From NCBI RefSeq assembly GCF_006345805.1, contig NW_021833245.1, positions 19,815 through 83,814 of the forward strand: a stretch of DNA of 64,000 nt, read 5' to 3'. A program made the position numbers and the translations under genes. The notes under the pieces were generated by a model. That model had not been told where the DNA came from. It saw nothing but the letters and a program-made list of their open reading frames with translations, and searched no databases. The DNA comes from Octopus sinensis (Eukaryota). Below are positions 50,706-64,000 of the stretch, piece after piece; positions within the stretch are counted from its first letter, which is position 1, and the number at the start of each line of letters is the position of its first letter.

Positions 50706-52176
50706 ATATATATATATATATATACATACATATACACACATACATACACACATACACATACATACATACACACATACATACACACACACATACATACACA
50801 CACGCATATATATACATACACGCATATATATATATATACATACACACATATATACATACACACACACATATATATACATACACGCATATATATATATACA
50901 CACACACATATATACATACACACACACACACACCTATATATATATATATACCTAGATGGGTATAGGTATGTGGGAAAGTAGGTGAATGGTTAGGTAGTTC
51001 GGATGAAACATTATCTGAGACTGTGAAAAGGTTTCGAGTCCTTTTAACTTTATTTTCGTTAATCCCGAAGTGATGAAATCGCAGGCATTTTAGTGTGCGT
51101 ACATGTGTTTGTATGTGAATGTGTGTGAGTGAGTGAGGGTGTGTGTGTGTGTGAGGGTGTGTGTGTGTGTGTGTGTGAGTATGTGTGTGTGTGTGAGTAT
51201 GTGTGTGTGTGAGGGTTAGTAAATATGTGTGAAGAAAAGAGGTAAGATACTGCGAGTGAATGAAAAGGGATGCATAAGACGGGAGTAAAAGGAAGTAATG
51301 CAAGAAGGGGGTTAAGAGAAGAAAGAAGGGCAGAAACGTGTATGCGAAGTATGGACGAGGAAGAAGGAAGATAGGAGAGGCGGGGAGAGGATGAGTAATA
51401 TAGAGAGTGAAGAGAGCAAAAATAAATGAGAAAAGGGAGGAATAATTAGAGCAACAGAGATACATAGACAAAGAGGTACATAGATTGATAAACAGCTATA
51501 TATATATATAGAGAGAGAGATAGGGGGAGAGATAGGGGGAGAGAGAGGGAGATTGGGGGAGGGAGGGAGATTGGGGGAGGGAGGGAGAGAGAGGGAGAGA
51601 GGGGGAGGGAGGGAGATGGAGGGAGAGAGAGAGGGAGAAAGAAAGATAGAAAGACTGAGAATGAAGGAGAGGAAGAGATAGAGTGAGAGAGGGAGGCTGA
51701 CAGATTGAGGGAAATAGGGATGCAATGATAGAATGAATGCAGGGTGATAAGTGGGGACAGGTTTAATTACGAATTTGGGTGTCAGATAAAGGAATATAAG
51801 TTACTGTTAAAAAGAGAAGAAGGAAGAAAAGGGAGCTGAAAGAGAGGAATGAGTTAAAGTGGAGATGTGGTGAATGGCTACAGAGATACGACGATGGGTA
51901 TGAAGTTGTAAGTCTCGGTGAGCAAGAAGAAATGAGAGAATGAGACAAATAATACACAAATATATACATGCGTACCTACACACACACACACGCACTTACA
52001 CGTGTGTGTATGCGTGCATATATGCGTGTATATGTATATATGTATATATATATGTGTGCGCATTTGTGCATATAAATATATATATATATGTCTATATATA
52101 TATATGTGTGTGTGTATATATATGTGTATGAGTATATATATGTGTATGTGTGTATATATATATGTGTGTGTATGAG

Positions 52177-52208
<32 letters not shown>

Positions 52209-52294
52209 CATGTATATATATATATATATATGTGTGTGTATGTGTATATATATATATGTGTGTATGTGTATATATATATGTGGGTGTGTGCATG

Positions 52295-52327
<33 letters not shown>

Positions 52328-52516
52328 ATGTGTATATATATATGTGTGTGTATGTGTATATATATATGTGTGTGTGTGTATGTGTATAGATATATATGTG
52401 TGTGTGTGTATATATATATGTGTGTGTGTATGTGTATATATATATATATGTGTGTGTGTGTATGTGTATATATATGTGTGTGTATGTATATATATATATA
52501 TGTGTTTGTGTATAAG

Positions 52517-52558
<42 letters not shown>

Positions 52559-52760
52559 ATTAAATGCACGTACAAACATATAGATATATGTATGTATATA
52601 TATAAAAGAGTAAAAGAGTAAAGAGAGAGTATAAAGATCGAGAGAGGGGAGAGAGAGAGGGAGAGAGAGAAAGTTAGAAAAAGAGAAAGAAAGATAGACA
52701 GAGAGGGCGTTTGAGGTGAGAGGGTAGGGCGGAGGGGAAGGGGTTGAGATGGCGCAGTGG
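50705..52760. repeat. Compound (CA)/(TA)/(TG) microsatellites with a long polypurine (GA/GGGA) tract
   Basis: Direct reading; purine tract ~51240-51870. Confidence 0.9.
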
Positions 52761-54219
52761 AGATAAAGGATATAATTATGAGTATGGACGGAATAATATT
52801 TCACGTTGAGGGAAATGTAAAATAAATAAAAAAAATGAAGAAAAAAAATGAATAATCTAAAACAAAACTCCCGCCAAGTTACTATTGAAATATTCCATCG
52901 TAGTAGCTAATATCTAAATAACAAGAAGGAAAAAAGAAAACAAGAAGAAATATACTAAAATAAAGAAATAGACGAACTAAGAAAAATAGGAAGAAAAAAA
53001 AAAGACAAAATGCTAAAATGAAAATGGTAAAGTTCGTATATTATTTAGCTTTCCTACCTACCGAAATTCTTAGGGCGTCGTAACATCCGTTTTCAATCTG
53101 AAGAGGAAATACAAGAGTGGAGGTAGATAACAAGATATTTGATTACAAATGCGCTCACACTCACACTAGGACACTGACATATACAGATATATACAGAGAG
53201 AGACAGAAACAGATGTATATGCTTAAGCACGGAATCTACTATACGTATGAGCAAATGCGCAAGTATATACGCAAAAATATGTATGAATGTGTGTGTGAGT
53301 GTGTGTGCCAATTAGTCGAAATAGTGCCAAACTTAAAACGGTAGGTTCTGTAAACACCGGTAGAGAGAAACGGCTTCTTACACCAATATTAACGATTTAT
53401 CACATTGGCAAAGGTCCACATCTTTTGTTCAGTGGGTTGACGGTCGATATAATTTACCCTCTGTGAATAACTGGTACTGGTGTGTATTCGCCTGTTTAAA
53501 TTAAGTCCTTACCAGTTAATATATCACATATACACCTTGTCATTAAGAGCATGACTGATCCATCATGATGCTATAAGTTTGATGTGGGTTGCTTATAAAT
53601 TTTATAACAGATAAATCGATTGTAAATTGTTGATTTGATTATTTCCAATAGTTTCAGAAACGGACTTAATGAATAACGATTTAAAACGCAGTGAATGATA
53701 AAATAGATATGCCTATAATTTATCCCCTACCGTTTGCTTGTTTCAGTCATTGACCATTTCTTTGCCATATTTCTGTAGTAATGCATTGCCTTTCTTTAAA
53801 TCAATTTAAAAATGTGAGGTATATTTGCCATCTCAATATGGCTAACCACTAAGGGTGGGTGTTACTGTAGCTTGTAGCCCCAGGAGAACATCTCCTCCAG
53901 CTGGCAATAGGCACACTTTCTGTGCTCTTAAGGTATTTGCAAAGGGAGGTCATCCTTCCCTCGTCAACCTAAGTGAAACGCACGGACTGCAGTTTCTAGG
54001 TATTGACCTGTCCTCAGCGTACGACAATCACCGGTTTTCGATCAAAGGGGGTCCCAATGCAAATACTTATATCATTTTTCCAGTAACTTTTCGTCATTGA
54101 TCTCGAAAAACTGTATGCAAGCAGTAATAAATCTCTGAACGAAGTATAAACAGTAACTGCACGACAATTTAAAAACAATAATAAAAACTTTCTGATAGGT
54201 TCATAAATACGATTAAAAA

Positions 54220-54456
54220 ATGTTGAGTAACACGAAAAATATAAATGAGAGGGACGCAGGTTCAAAACACTATTCAGTATGCGATGAAGTATTATTATAT
54301 GTACAAAGGGTGGTAATACCTGAAGCACTGCAAAACAGAGTATTAAAAGACTTTCATGTAGGACATCCGCGGATTGTCCGGATGAAGAGCCTTATGAGAA
54401 ATTATGTTTATTGGCCGAATATGGACCAGCAAATTGAAAGACTGGCAGAGCAGTAG
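54220..54456 (+). mobile_element. Ty3/Gypsy pol fragment (integrase zinc-binding region)
   Basis: RVVIPEALQNRVLKDFHVGHPRIVRMKSLMRNYVYWPNMDQQIE; truncated before the CxxC. Confidence 0.88.
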
Positions 54457-54901
54457 TAGCAGAGTAGAGTTAAGTAGTAGAGGCTTCCGAATGTGCGACA
54501 TAACACTATGTCATTATTAAGCTGCTCTTTGGAGCATAGAGTAACAGGAAATTTTGATAGAGGGCTTGAATTTAGATTACTTTAAACCAGGAAGTTTATA
54601 CCACAGAATTATATAGTCTCAGGCAAGTTGGTATCAAAAGGGTTTCGCAGCGCCCTTGCTGGGGCATCACATTAAATCGACCCAGTAATTCTGTTTCTCT
54701 TTAAATTCTAGCAATTTTTCTAACGCCCTCTTATCCTGAAATACTACGCTTGCTGACTTAGAGAAAACGGCACCCGTTGAGAAGTGGCGGTGGACGAAAA
54801 AAGTCAGACACCCATATTGACATACATACATATCGTATTTTAAAAGAAGTCGGACTATATTTTTGTACATTCATAATATATTCTTAACATCTTTATATAT
54901 A

Positions 54902-55491
54902 TATTTCTTTACTACCCACAAGGTGCTAAGCATAGAGGGGACAAACAAGGACAGACAAGGGGAATAAGTCGATTACATCGACCGCAGTGCGAAACTGGTA
55001 CTTTATTTATCGACCCCGAAAGGATGAAAGGCAAAGTCAACCTCGGCGGAATTTGAACTCAGAACGTAGCGAAAGACGAAATACCTATTTCTTTACTACC
55101 CACAAGGGGCTAAACACAGAAAGGACAGACAAACGGATTAAGTCGACTATATCGACACCAGTGCGTAACTGGTACTTATTTAATCGACCCCGAAAGAATG
55201 AAAGCCAAAGTCGACCTCGGCGGAATTTGAACACAGAACATAGCGACAGACGAAATACCTATTTCTTTATTACCCACAAGGGGCTTAACATAGAGGAGAC
55301 AAACAAGGACAAACAAAGGGATTAAGTCGATTATATCGACCCCAGTGCGAAAGTGGTACTTTATTTATCGACCCCGAAAGGATGAAAGGCAAAGTCGACC
55401 TCGGCGGAATTTTATCTCAGAACATAGCGACGGACGAAATACCGCTAAGCATTTCGTCCGGCGTGCTAACGCTTCTGCCAGCTCACCGCCC
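54902..55491 (-). mobile_element. SINE family B trimer (one head, three bodies)
   Basis: Junctions at 55085/55086 and 55259/55260; imperfect flanking repeat TAAC(A/G)TCTTT. Confidence 0.9.
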
Positions 55492-56182
55492 TAACGTCTT
55501 TTTATATATATTTATATCTATATATTTCTATTGTATTTTTAATATATTTTGAGTATGTTTATATAGGTTAAATGATTTGGTGCATACAATGATTTCACAA
55601 AGGAATATATTTTGGTAACCTATCTTTTGTCAGTCTTCATTATTTCTCCTATTTTCTTATGGCTCAAATACACTAAGCGCTTCGATGTGCCCTATATATA
55701 GATATAATACTATCTCTAAAAAATGTTATATATATACGTATATACATATATATAGACATAGACTTGCATACATACATATACATATAAACAGACACACCTC
55801 ACACGCGGACACATGCACCCACAACAGGGTTCTTTTAATCAGCCAGTGATATAGAAGATAATTATTATTATCGAGCTAATATTCTATGGTTGACCAAGCA
55901 ACGGATAAGGAAGAATATAAATAAGTAGCTGTCATCGTGGCTTGCTTCAAAGGCGCTGCGGTAATCATGAACTATTTAAAGGTGACTGCTAAAAACTTAT
56001 CCTAGCCATGTCACCGTTTGTAGTCCCTATAGCAAAACGTGAGTTTATAATAGAGAATATAATATACGAACGTTGTGTATATTGCCAAATATTTTATTAA
56101 CCATAATGTATTTTTCGATGTTATAGAAACAACAAATATTCTTCTTGCCCTGATATTTACAACACACATACACACACACGCA

Positions 56183-56213
<31 letters not shown>

Positions 56214-56406
56214 ATATAGTATGATATACATATAGAATATAGTACGATATATATATATATGTGTGTGTGTGTATATATATATATACACATACACACACAC
56301 ACTTGAAATATTGTATGATATATATATATCATACAATATTTCAAGAGTATATATATATATATATTGTACTATAATATATATATATATATATATCATACAG
56401 TATCTC

Positions 56407-56495
<89 letters not shown>

Positions 56496-57019
56496 TGCAG
56501 TATTTTAAATAAATTGCTTTTGACATGGAAGTCGTTAAGTCAAATGTTGCTTTCGGAAGAGTCGAAATCTGCCTTCTATCTTTCCCATCCAGGGGTTTTC
56601 ATCTTATATGTATTTGAAACTTATTATTTATAAATTTTCCCCATCAAATTCCATTCATCTTTCTATCTATCTATCTATCTCCACACACAAACACACACAC
56701 ACATAAAATGATGCAAATAAAAAAATGAAACCGCTTGAGCTAGATATAAAAAAATATACATGAAAACGAAAGAGAAAAATGACACAAGAAATTAATGAGA
56801 GAAGATAAGGTGTAACATGTTCGACAGCTGTTTCTACGGGCTCGGAATTTCTTCGCAAGGTTTGCAGATGTAATTCGCAAAAGCAGTTTCGTTTCTTTAT
56901 TTGCGTCCTTTACCCCGTATCTGCTCACCCAGATTCTTCGTATAGCCACTCTTTACCCCGCGGACTTAAAGGATTCGAAGAATAATTTCAAACTGTTTGA
57001 GTGCTACTAAATCTTTTCT

Positions 57020-58165
57020 ATAAACAAGAAGCAAAATAAAAAAGTCATACACATTCTTGTTTTTTTTTCCAATGTAATTCCACATAAACAGGAAATAAAC
57101 AAGTAAGTTTTCTACGTAGTTAGTTCTTGCGTATTTCCTCCAAGAAGAAGGTTTTCGTTCGATCGTGCAACCTTTATGCACTTTCCCTTCATATCTTCAT
57201 CTGTAGGAAATCGACGACCTCGTAAATCATTTTTGAGCGACCCAAAGGCGCGATAGTCAGAAGAGGCGAGAGCTAGACTGTAGGCAGGGTGTTCCAGCAC
57301 TTTATAACCCAATTTGGTTAGTGGTATCAATGGTCTGGGCTGGGTGTATAGGCGTCCATTCTCATGCAACAAAAAAAATTCCTTCAATATTAGGCTTCAA
57401 CTTTTGGTGTGAATTGCTGACTTCAGCTTCTTGGTCAGCAAAGCACTATCTTGCACTGTATAGGCCGTCTTCAATCTCTAAAAGGGGTTAGCATAAACTT
57501 GCCCGCGGAAGACTGTTTTGAATTTTTCCTCTCCGTATTCAGTCTTTTGGATTCTGCCCCATAATGATGGACCCACATTTCATCTCCTGTGGCTATTTTG
57601 CTCAAAATTTCCTCGCCTTCATTGTTGTAGTGATCGAATAAAAGTTAGCTGACTTCAGGAAGTTTGCGTTTGCGCTCAGCAGTAAGCTCTATTGAGACCT
57701 ATCCTGCACAGTCTTTACAGAAGCCGAAATCATCCTGGGTGATTTTATAGGCAGAACCATGACTAATCTGCAGAGAACGAGATGCATCATCCACGATAAC
57801 ACACCGGTTCACCATTTCCAGCTCTCAAGCTTACAGAATCTTATCCTCAGAGTCCTGCTCTCTCTTCGTTCGTCACGCTTGTCTGGCCACTTTTAAACTT
57901 CTCGATCCACTCATACACACTTCTACGCGGTAGTGCACTGTCCCTGCTTGGAGAAATCAAATCACTGCTCTTTGTTCTTCTTTGTTACTCATAGCTAGTG
58001 GAGCAGCCATGCTTACACTGTACAGCCAGAAAGAACATTGGCACGATCAGGCCTAAACTTTAATCACGTGACCACAATAGTACTATAAGCACGCATGCGC
58101 AGAAGGCAGTGTGACGATGATGATATGTTATGGCGAAAGTGCGAATAATGTTAAACTTCTCGTGT
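57020..58165 (-). mobile_element. Mariner (DD34D-type) transposon relic, near full length, inactivated
   Basis: ATG at 58010 MAAPLAMSNKEEQRAVI; SVYEWIEKFKSG; IATGDEMWVHHY; LLHENGR; HPAYSLALASSDY; stops and frameshifts; TIRs not clear. Confidence 0.85.
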
Positions 58166-58819
58166 ATGTATGTATGTATGTGCATATAACATATTATACA
58201 TATATATATATACATATACATACATATATATATATACATATATATATATATACACATATATATATACATATATATATATAACATATATACACAATATTAT
58301 ATTATACATACATATATATATACACACATATATAGATACATACATAGATATATACACATATATATATACACATATATATATATACATACATATATATATA
58401 CAACATATATATAACACATACATATATATACACATATATATATATAATACATATATATATACACATACATATATATATACACATATATATATATACACAT
58501 ATATATATTACACATATATTATATACACATTATATATATATCCATACCTATATATATACACATACCTATAATATACATACATATATATATACATATATAC
58601 AAATATATATATATACACATATAATATATATACACATATATATATATACACAATATATATATATACACATATATATATATACACATATATATATATACAC
58701 ATATATATATACACATATATATATATACTATACATATATATATACACATATATATATATATACATATATATATAATACATATATATATATATACATATAT
58801 ATCTATATACATATATTAT

Positions 58820-58879
<60 letters not shown>

Positions 58880-58880
58880 C
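58160..58880. repeat. (TA)/(TACA) microsatellite
   Basis: Direct reading. Confidence 0.95.
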
Positions 58881-58883
58881 AAG

Positions 58884-59100
58884 ATAAGAAAATGGAGAAA
58901 TACATCTAAATCAAAGATCAATTACCAGAAATACTCAATCACATACTTTATTAACCACCACATAAGAGACTGTAGGGTTAAACATAAAAAGCAGAACAAA
59001 TCAGTGTATATAAAGGAATGTACATAAAAAAGTGTACATAAAAGAGTATTGGATATATGTTATCCCATGGAGGGTTGCATACAACCCCTATCTTAATTTG
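58884..59100. mobile_element. (TA)n-embedded repeat family fragment related to 30573-30812
   Basis: Motif B direct and motif A inverted relative to the 30.6 kb copy. Confidence 0.65.
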
Positions 59101-59112
59101 TGTATATATATA

Positions 59113-59163
<51 letters not shown>

Positions 59164-59164
59164 A

Positions 59165-59562
59165 TATAATGTAGGATAAATTTTTTTCGGGAAAAATTTT
59201 TTTATCAATGGCCAGCATATCAAAAGATACTTTAAAGGTTAAATTTATAAATAATTTACAAGATAAGGGCAAAAGAAAAATTCTAATGCCAAATATGCCG
59301 AAAAAAAGACAAAACTTTTCAATAACCATTATAATTTATGCGTCTCGAAAAAAAACCGATAGAAATCTCTAAATTCGTTATTACCGTATTGGTGCAATTT
59401 CGGGGTTAATTAATAAATTTTCCCCTCTTCAGCTGAATTTTTTTAGAGATTTCTATCGGTTTGTTTCGAGACGCATAAATTATAATGGTATTGAAAAGTT
59501 TTGTCTTTTTTTCGGCATATTTGGCATTAGAATTTTTCTTTTGCCCTTATCTTGTAAATTAT
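59165..59562 (-). mobile_element. Penelope-type element with ~120-bp inverted repeat enclosing an HHR
   Basis: Arms 59251-59376 and 59435-59562; flanked by (TA)n. Confidence 0.65.
59371..59440 (-). ncRNA. Type I hammerhead ribozyme motif with canonical core
   Basis: CTGAAGA (59432-59426), GGGG/CCCC stem II, GAAA (59401-59398), stem III ATTGC/GTAAT, AUA triplet (59381-59379); two mismatches at the base of stem I. Confidence 0.65.
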
Positions 59563-59587
59563 ATATATATATATATATATATATAAT

Positions 59588-59948
59588 CTTTTATTCTTTT
59601 TTCATTCATTAGACCGTGGTCATGATGGGGAATTTAGTGGAAAGAATCGACCCCGGGACTTTATGTTTGTTAAGCTTGGCACTTACTTTATCGGTCACTT
59701 TTGCTGAACAGCTAACTTACGGGGATGTAAACAAACAAACAAACACATTTTATCAAACTGTGATGGGGGACGAACACAGACACAAAATTACAAAAACACA
59801 TAAAGGTGAGATTATTTCAGATTTCCCCTCTAACAAATCCACTGCAACGTCTTTGGTCGCCCCGAGGCTACAGTTGCCCATGGAGTGTGTTGAACCCGGA
59901 AGCATATGGTTGGAAAGGAAGCTTCTTACCACACGGCCACTCACTCCA
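59588..59948 (-). mobile_element. SINE family A, diverged
   Basis: Head TGGCCGTGTGGTAAG and body homology. Confidence 0.8.
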
Positions 59949-60622
59949 TATGTTGTGGTACAACTCCATGCTATCTCAACATTTGTTACACTGTGTACAG
60001 GTTCCTATTCGCATTTAAATTCTATCAACCACACACGCAATCTTTTTTGTGTTTGGTAATTCGAATCAGACATGACATTTAAACACCTCACTCTGCCACT
60101 CACCTCCATCTGAAAATCCCCTTGCTGTCATTCACTCACTTTCTCTTCTGCAACATTCAGCTTCCTAAATGGGAAAACAAATAAATACCTGAAGCTATAT
60201 GCTATATGTGAATGTTCGTAAAAAAAAAAAAAAATTGACTCGGACCAGGAAACGGATATTAACAGATAATTTAATTATAAAACAGAGTTCGCCGCATATT
60301 TTAGCATGAAATGCTGCCGTCAGTATTTTCAATGTTTCCACAAATAACAACATTAGACTAAAATTACGGTGACTGTAACAAATGTAAGGTGATGTCTAAC
60401 ATTATTCTGTGAAAAGCAAGCTACAGAGGCAACGTTGAAAGTTTCTTGGTCTGAACCGTCATTAGCAGAAGCGAAGGTTCGCCATGACTGTATAGTACAA
60501 CGGTAAATAATTTATGATATAGAAACATGAGTGGAATGATAAACTGCCGAGTCCATGATAATCAGAGAACTGTATAAGGATGACTACACTGCGGACACAA
60601 ACGAGAAAATAAAATTGTCATA

Positions 60623-60785
60623 GAAGTGGCTGTGTGGTAAGCAGATTGCTCTCGAACCACATTGTTACGGGTTCAGTGCCACGCAGTGGGACTGAACCCG
60701 AAACCATGTAGTCCAGTTTCTTCTACTATAGCCTTGGGCCGACCAAAGCCTTGTGAGGGGATTTGGTAGACGGAAACTGAAAGCA
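60623..60785 (+). mobile_element. SINE family A 5' part with internal fold-back inversion
   Basis: 60678-60708 is the reverse complement of the family B-box region. Confidence 0.8.
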
Positions 60786-61287
60786 GCAGTAGCAAGTGGA
60801 GGCGCAGGTAGCGGAATCGCGGTTTCGATTCCCAAACCGGGCGTTGTGTGTGTTTATTGAGTGAAAACACCTAAAGTTCCAGAGGCTCAGGCAAGGGGTG
60901 GTGGCAACCCCGTTTGTACTCTTTTAACCCAACTTTCTCTCACTCTTTCTTTATGTTTCTTGTCCCCGACTTCCTAAGCAACCGCGGAGTTTGGATGCGC
61001 ATTCATCCATCCGTCGATGCCCTCGATGTCGAGGGTTGACCTGCTTTCTCTTCTGCGGGTCTTACGAATAGCAAAGGACCACGTTTCTGACTTCTCCCAC
61101 TACAGAGGCGCGATCTTGCGAGCTCTGGGACGAAGAGCACTTCGCTCAACAGCCACAGCAGCAGAATCGTTCGAACGAGATACCGTTAAGTATGATGGCT
61201 ATACTGGGCTGCGTATATTTTACCCCAGTGTCACTTTGATGGCATGCACTGCTCTCTCACTCAGCAATAATAATAATAAAAATAATC

Positions 61288-61475
61288 GTTTCTACTAAAA
61301 GCACAAGGTCTGAAATTTTGCGGGAAGGGATTAGTCGATTGCATTGACCCCAGAATTTCTCTGGTACTTAAGTTACCGACCCCGTAAGGATGAAAAGCGA
61401 AGTCAATCACGGCGGAATTTGAAATTAGAAGGTAAAGTCGGACGAATTGCCGCTAAGCATTTCGTCCGTCTTTAC

Positions 61476-61511
<36 letters not shown>

Positions 61512-61715
61512 TCAAACATTTTCCATAAGGGCAGCTTGCGGAGGTGGGTATTAGTCAATAACATCGACCCCATTGTTCAATTGGAAACTTATTCTATTGA
61601 ACCCCAGAGGATGGGAGGCAAAGACGACCTCAGCAAAACTTGAACTCAGAACATAGCGACGAGCGAAATACGACCAACTATTTCGCCCAGTGTGCTAATA
61701 TTTCTGTCAGCTCGC
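61288..61715 (-). mobile_element. Two SINE family B-related copies (61288-61480, 61520-61715)
   Basis: CGACCCC...GGATGAAAAGCGAAGTC...GGCGGAATTTGAA...GCTAAGCATTTCGTCCG. Confidence 0.75.
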
Positions 61716-61778
61716 AATAACAAAAACAACAATAATGATAATATTAATAATAATAATAATAATGATAATAATGATATT

Positions 61779-61824
<46 letters not shown>

Positions 61825-62141
61825 CTTTTTAAATATTTGGAAAAATACACATTATTATATGGGGTTTGGTCTATTGAAAGAGAACCATTATTTGATTTGC
61901 ATTTTATTACTTTTATAAGCGCAAGGAATACCAAAATCGACTTCAGCATGATTTGAACTAGGGAAATATAATTACATAATTAATGCCACATTATATTTCG
62001 AACAATGCGTAATCAATTTTAACATACAAACCTCTCATGACATGATACTTCGTAAAAACATTCAACAAGCAACAAGCAACCACAAGCAACAATAAACATC
62101 TACATCAACAGCAATGATAATACTCGTAGTGCTCATAATGG

Positions 62142-62174
<33 letters not shown>

Positions 62175-62656
62175 GAACGATGATGATGATGATGATGATG
62201 ATAACAGGCGCTGCATTGATTTCTTTCCAAATTTCTATTACCGAGGAATCTTTGAACAATCATGTAATGTGTTTAGTTTTTTTTTTGGTATGTTTTTATT
62301 TTGTTTTGTTTTCAGATTGAGTTTTTCAGGAAGCAAAAAGAGAAAAAGAAAAAGGGAGCAAAAAATAATGACAGGAAACAGCGAAGTCGCGTACATATAT
62401 ATATTAAACCCTTATTCATAAACCTCGCATGCGCTCAAACCTTTACAAAAGCGCAATTCATAAATGCATACATACATACATACATACATACGTAGACACG
62501 ACCTACATACACACGTACGTACATACATACATACATACATACATACATACACCCTACATACACACGTACGTACATACATACATACATACATACGTACGTA
62601 CGTAGTACACACATACATATACGTACCAACTAATGTTATTTCAACACACATACGCA

Positions 62657-62717
<61 letters not shown>

Positions 62718-63088
62718 TATATGTATAGATAAATAGACAAATAGATAGATATAGATAGAGATTTCTAGAAAGATGGATATATAGAAAGATAGATACACAT
62801 ATATTCATACACATGTATATCTATATGCATGTATATAGCTATCTGTCTGTCTCTATATGTATGTGTATATCTATATGTATGTATATATCTCTCTGTCAGT
62901 ATATAGCTATCTATCTGTCTCTGAATATATGTATGTGTGTTTATACGTATATATCTTTGTGCTTGTTTTTATTTATGTGTGTGGGTGTGTGTGTCTTTGC
63001 ATGTGTGTGTTTGTAGTCGAACGCATGCGTGCTGAGTTATGCATATTGATGCAAACAGTTTTTCATAATTCACCAGATACCAGAGCAC

Positions 63089-63190
63089 AATTGAGGACAA
63101 TCATGATTTCAAGAATCTAGTTCCCCTTTAATGGAGCAATTAATAGTTGTATTCCATGACCACATCGTATTGATTGGCGTTACCATAATT
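63089..63190 (+). pseudogene. COX2: Short nuclear copy (NUMT) of the mitochondrial cox2 5' end
   Basis: Invertebrate mitochondrial code gives N-W-G-Q-S-W-F-Q-E-S-S-S-P-L-M-E-Q-L-M-V-V-F-H-D-H, matching COX2 WGQxxFQ(D/E)xxSPLMEQLxxFHDH, with two in-frame TGA read as Trp. Confidence 0.7.
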
Positions 63191-63430
63191 AAAGAAGCAA
63201 TTAAACACTCTTTGTGTTCGAAAACATGGCACATCTATAAGGACACACTGTATGAATATATGTATATTTATAGTAGACTCTTACACATGCATATACACAC
63301 ACACTATATATATACATAATTTTAGATATATGCATTAACACAGCAAATATATAAGTTCGACGCTATTGTGAACACTCACATATGTGCACGGACATAATTT
63401 CATTTACATGCGCATAAAATCACTTCAAGC

Positions 63431-63465
<35 letters not shown>

Positions 63466-64000
63466 GTGCATAATCTATATATATACATGCACGATACTAT
63501 ATATTGTATATATATATATACATATTATATGATATAACATATATATTATATACATGTATATACATGTGCACGTACACATATGTATATATATGTACATATA
63601 TATATATACATGTGCACATATATGTATATGTATATATATATATAATTATACACACACATACATTTATGTACACTCACGAATATATACTTATATTTAGATG
63701 TATATATTTTTATGAATGTGCGAATATGTAGAAAGATATGTATGTGTATACATCTCACTTTTTATATATTCTATGCATCAATATGTATATATATATATAT
63801 GGATATATAAATGCATATGTACGTATGTTTGTATATATACGTGTGTATACACATGCATACCCTTCATATATATATATATGCGCAAATGTAAAAAAAGCGA
63901 AGGAACAATTGTTGAGAGCGATCTGTATCTGCCTGTAATGCTGTTCTCTGGCAATGTTCAATGCAGATGTAGATCTGAAAGTTGACAGACAAAATTCTGA

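Noticed and set aside
51530-51640. G-quadruplex/H-DNA-prone purine tract as a regulatory element
   Set aside because: Structure-prone but ordinary (GA/GGGA)n degeneration; nothing indicates function
56925-56965. 36-nt minus-strand microexon with a GTGAGC donor
   Set aside because: Such short AG...GT windows are frequent by chance; no supporting evidence

Overview
Eukaryotic, AT-rich, extremely repeat-dense non-coding DNA (intergenic or one large intron). The SINE families, Dong/R4 and RTE LINEs, Penelope-like pieces and a cox2 fragment in the invertebrate mitochondrial code suggest an octopod cephalopod; this is my inference from pattern recognition, not a search result. I cannot support any intact host protein-coding gene. 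Most ORFs in the track are microsatellite translations. The genuine coding remnants are decayed transposons (Dong/R4, RTE, CR1-like, Ty3/Gypsy, mariner), plus one short cox2 NUMT and one weak exon candidate near 43.2 kb. No CRISPR array, rRNA or true tRNA gene is seen. The best leads are hammerhead-ribozyme (HHR)-like motifs in Penelope-type non-autonomous elements: (i) a tRNA-headed, HHR-bearing retroposon with an inverted 5' copy of its tail (6.3-6.9 kb); (ii) a minimal dimer-type HHR with a variant core (47.56 kb); (iii) an HHR with an intact core capping a ~120-bp hairpin (59.25-59.56 kb). Other leads are head-body-body(-body) SINE multimers inside single TSDs, a Merlin-like MITE, a Helitron-like element, a 9-copy 111-bp satellite, and a (TAA)n insertion hotspot containing two near-identical tandem duplications that may be assembly artefacts. 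Coordinates were read by eye and may be off by a few bases.
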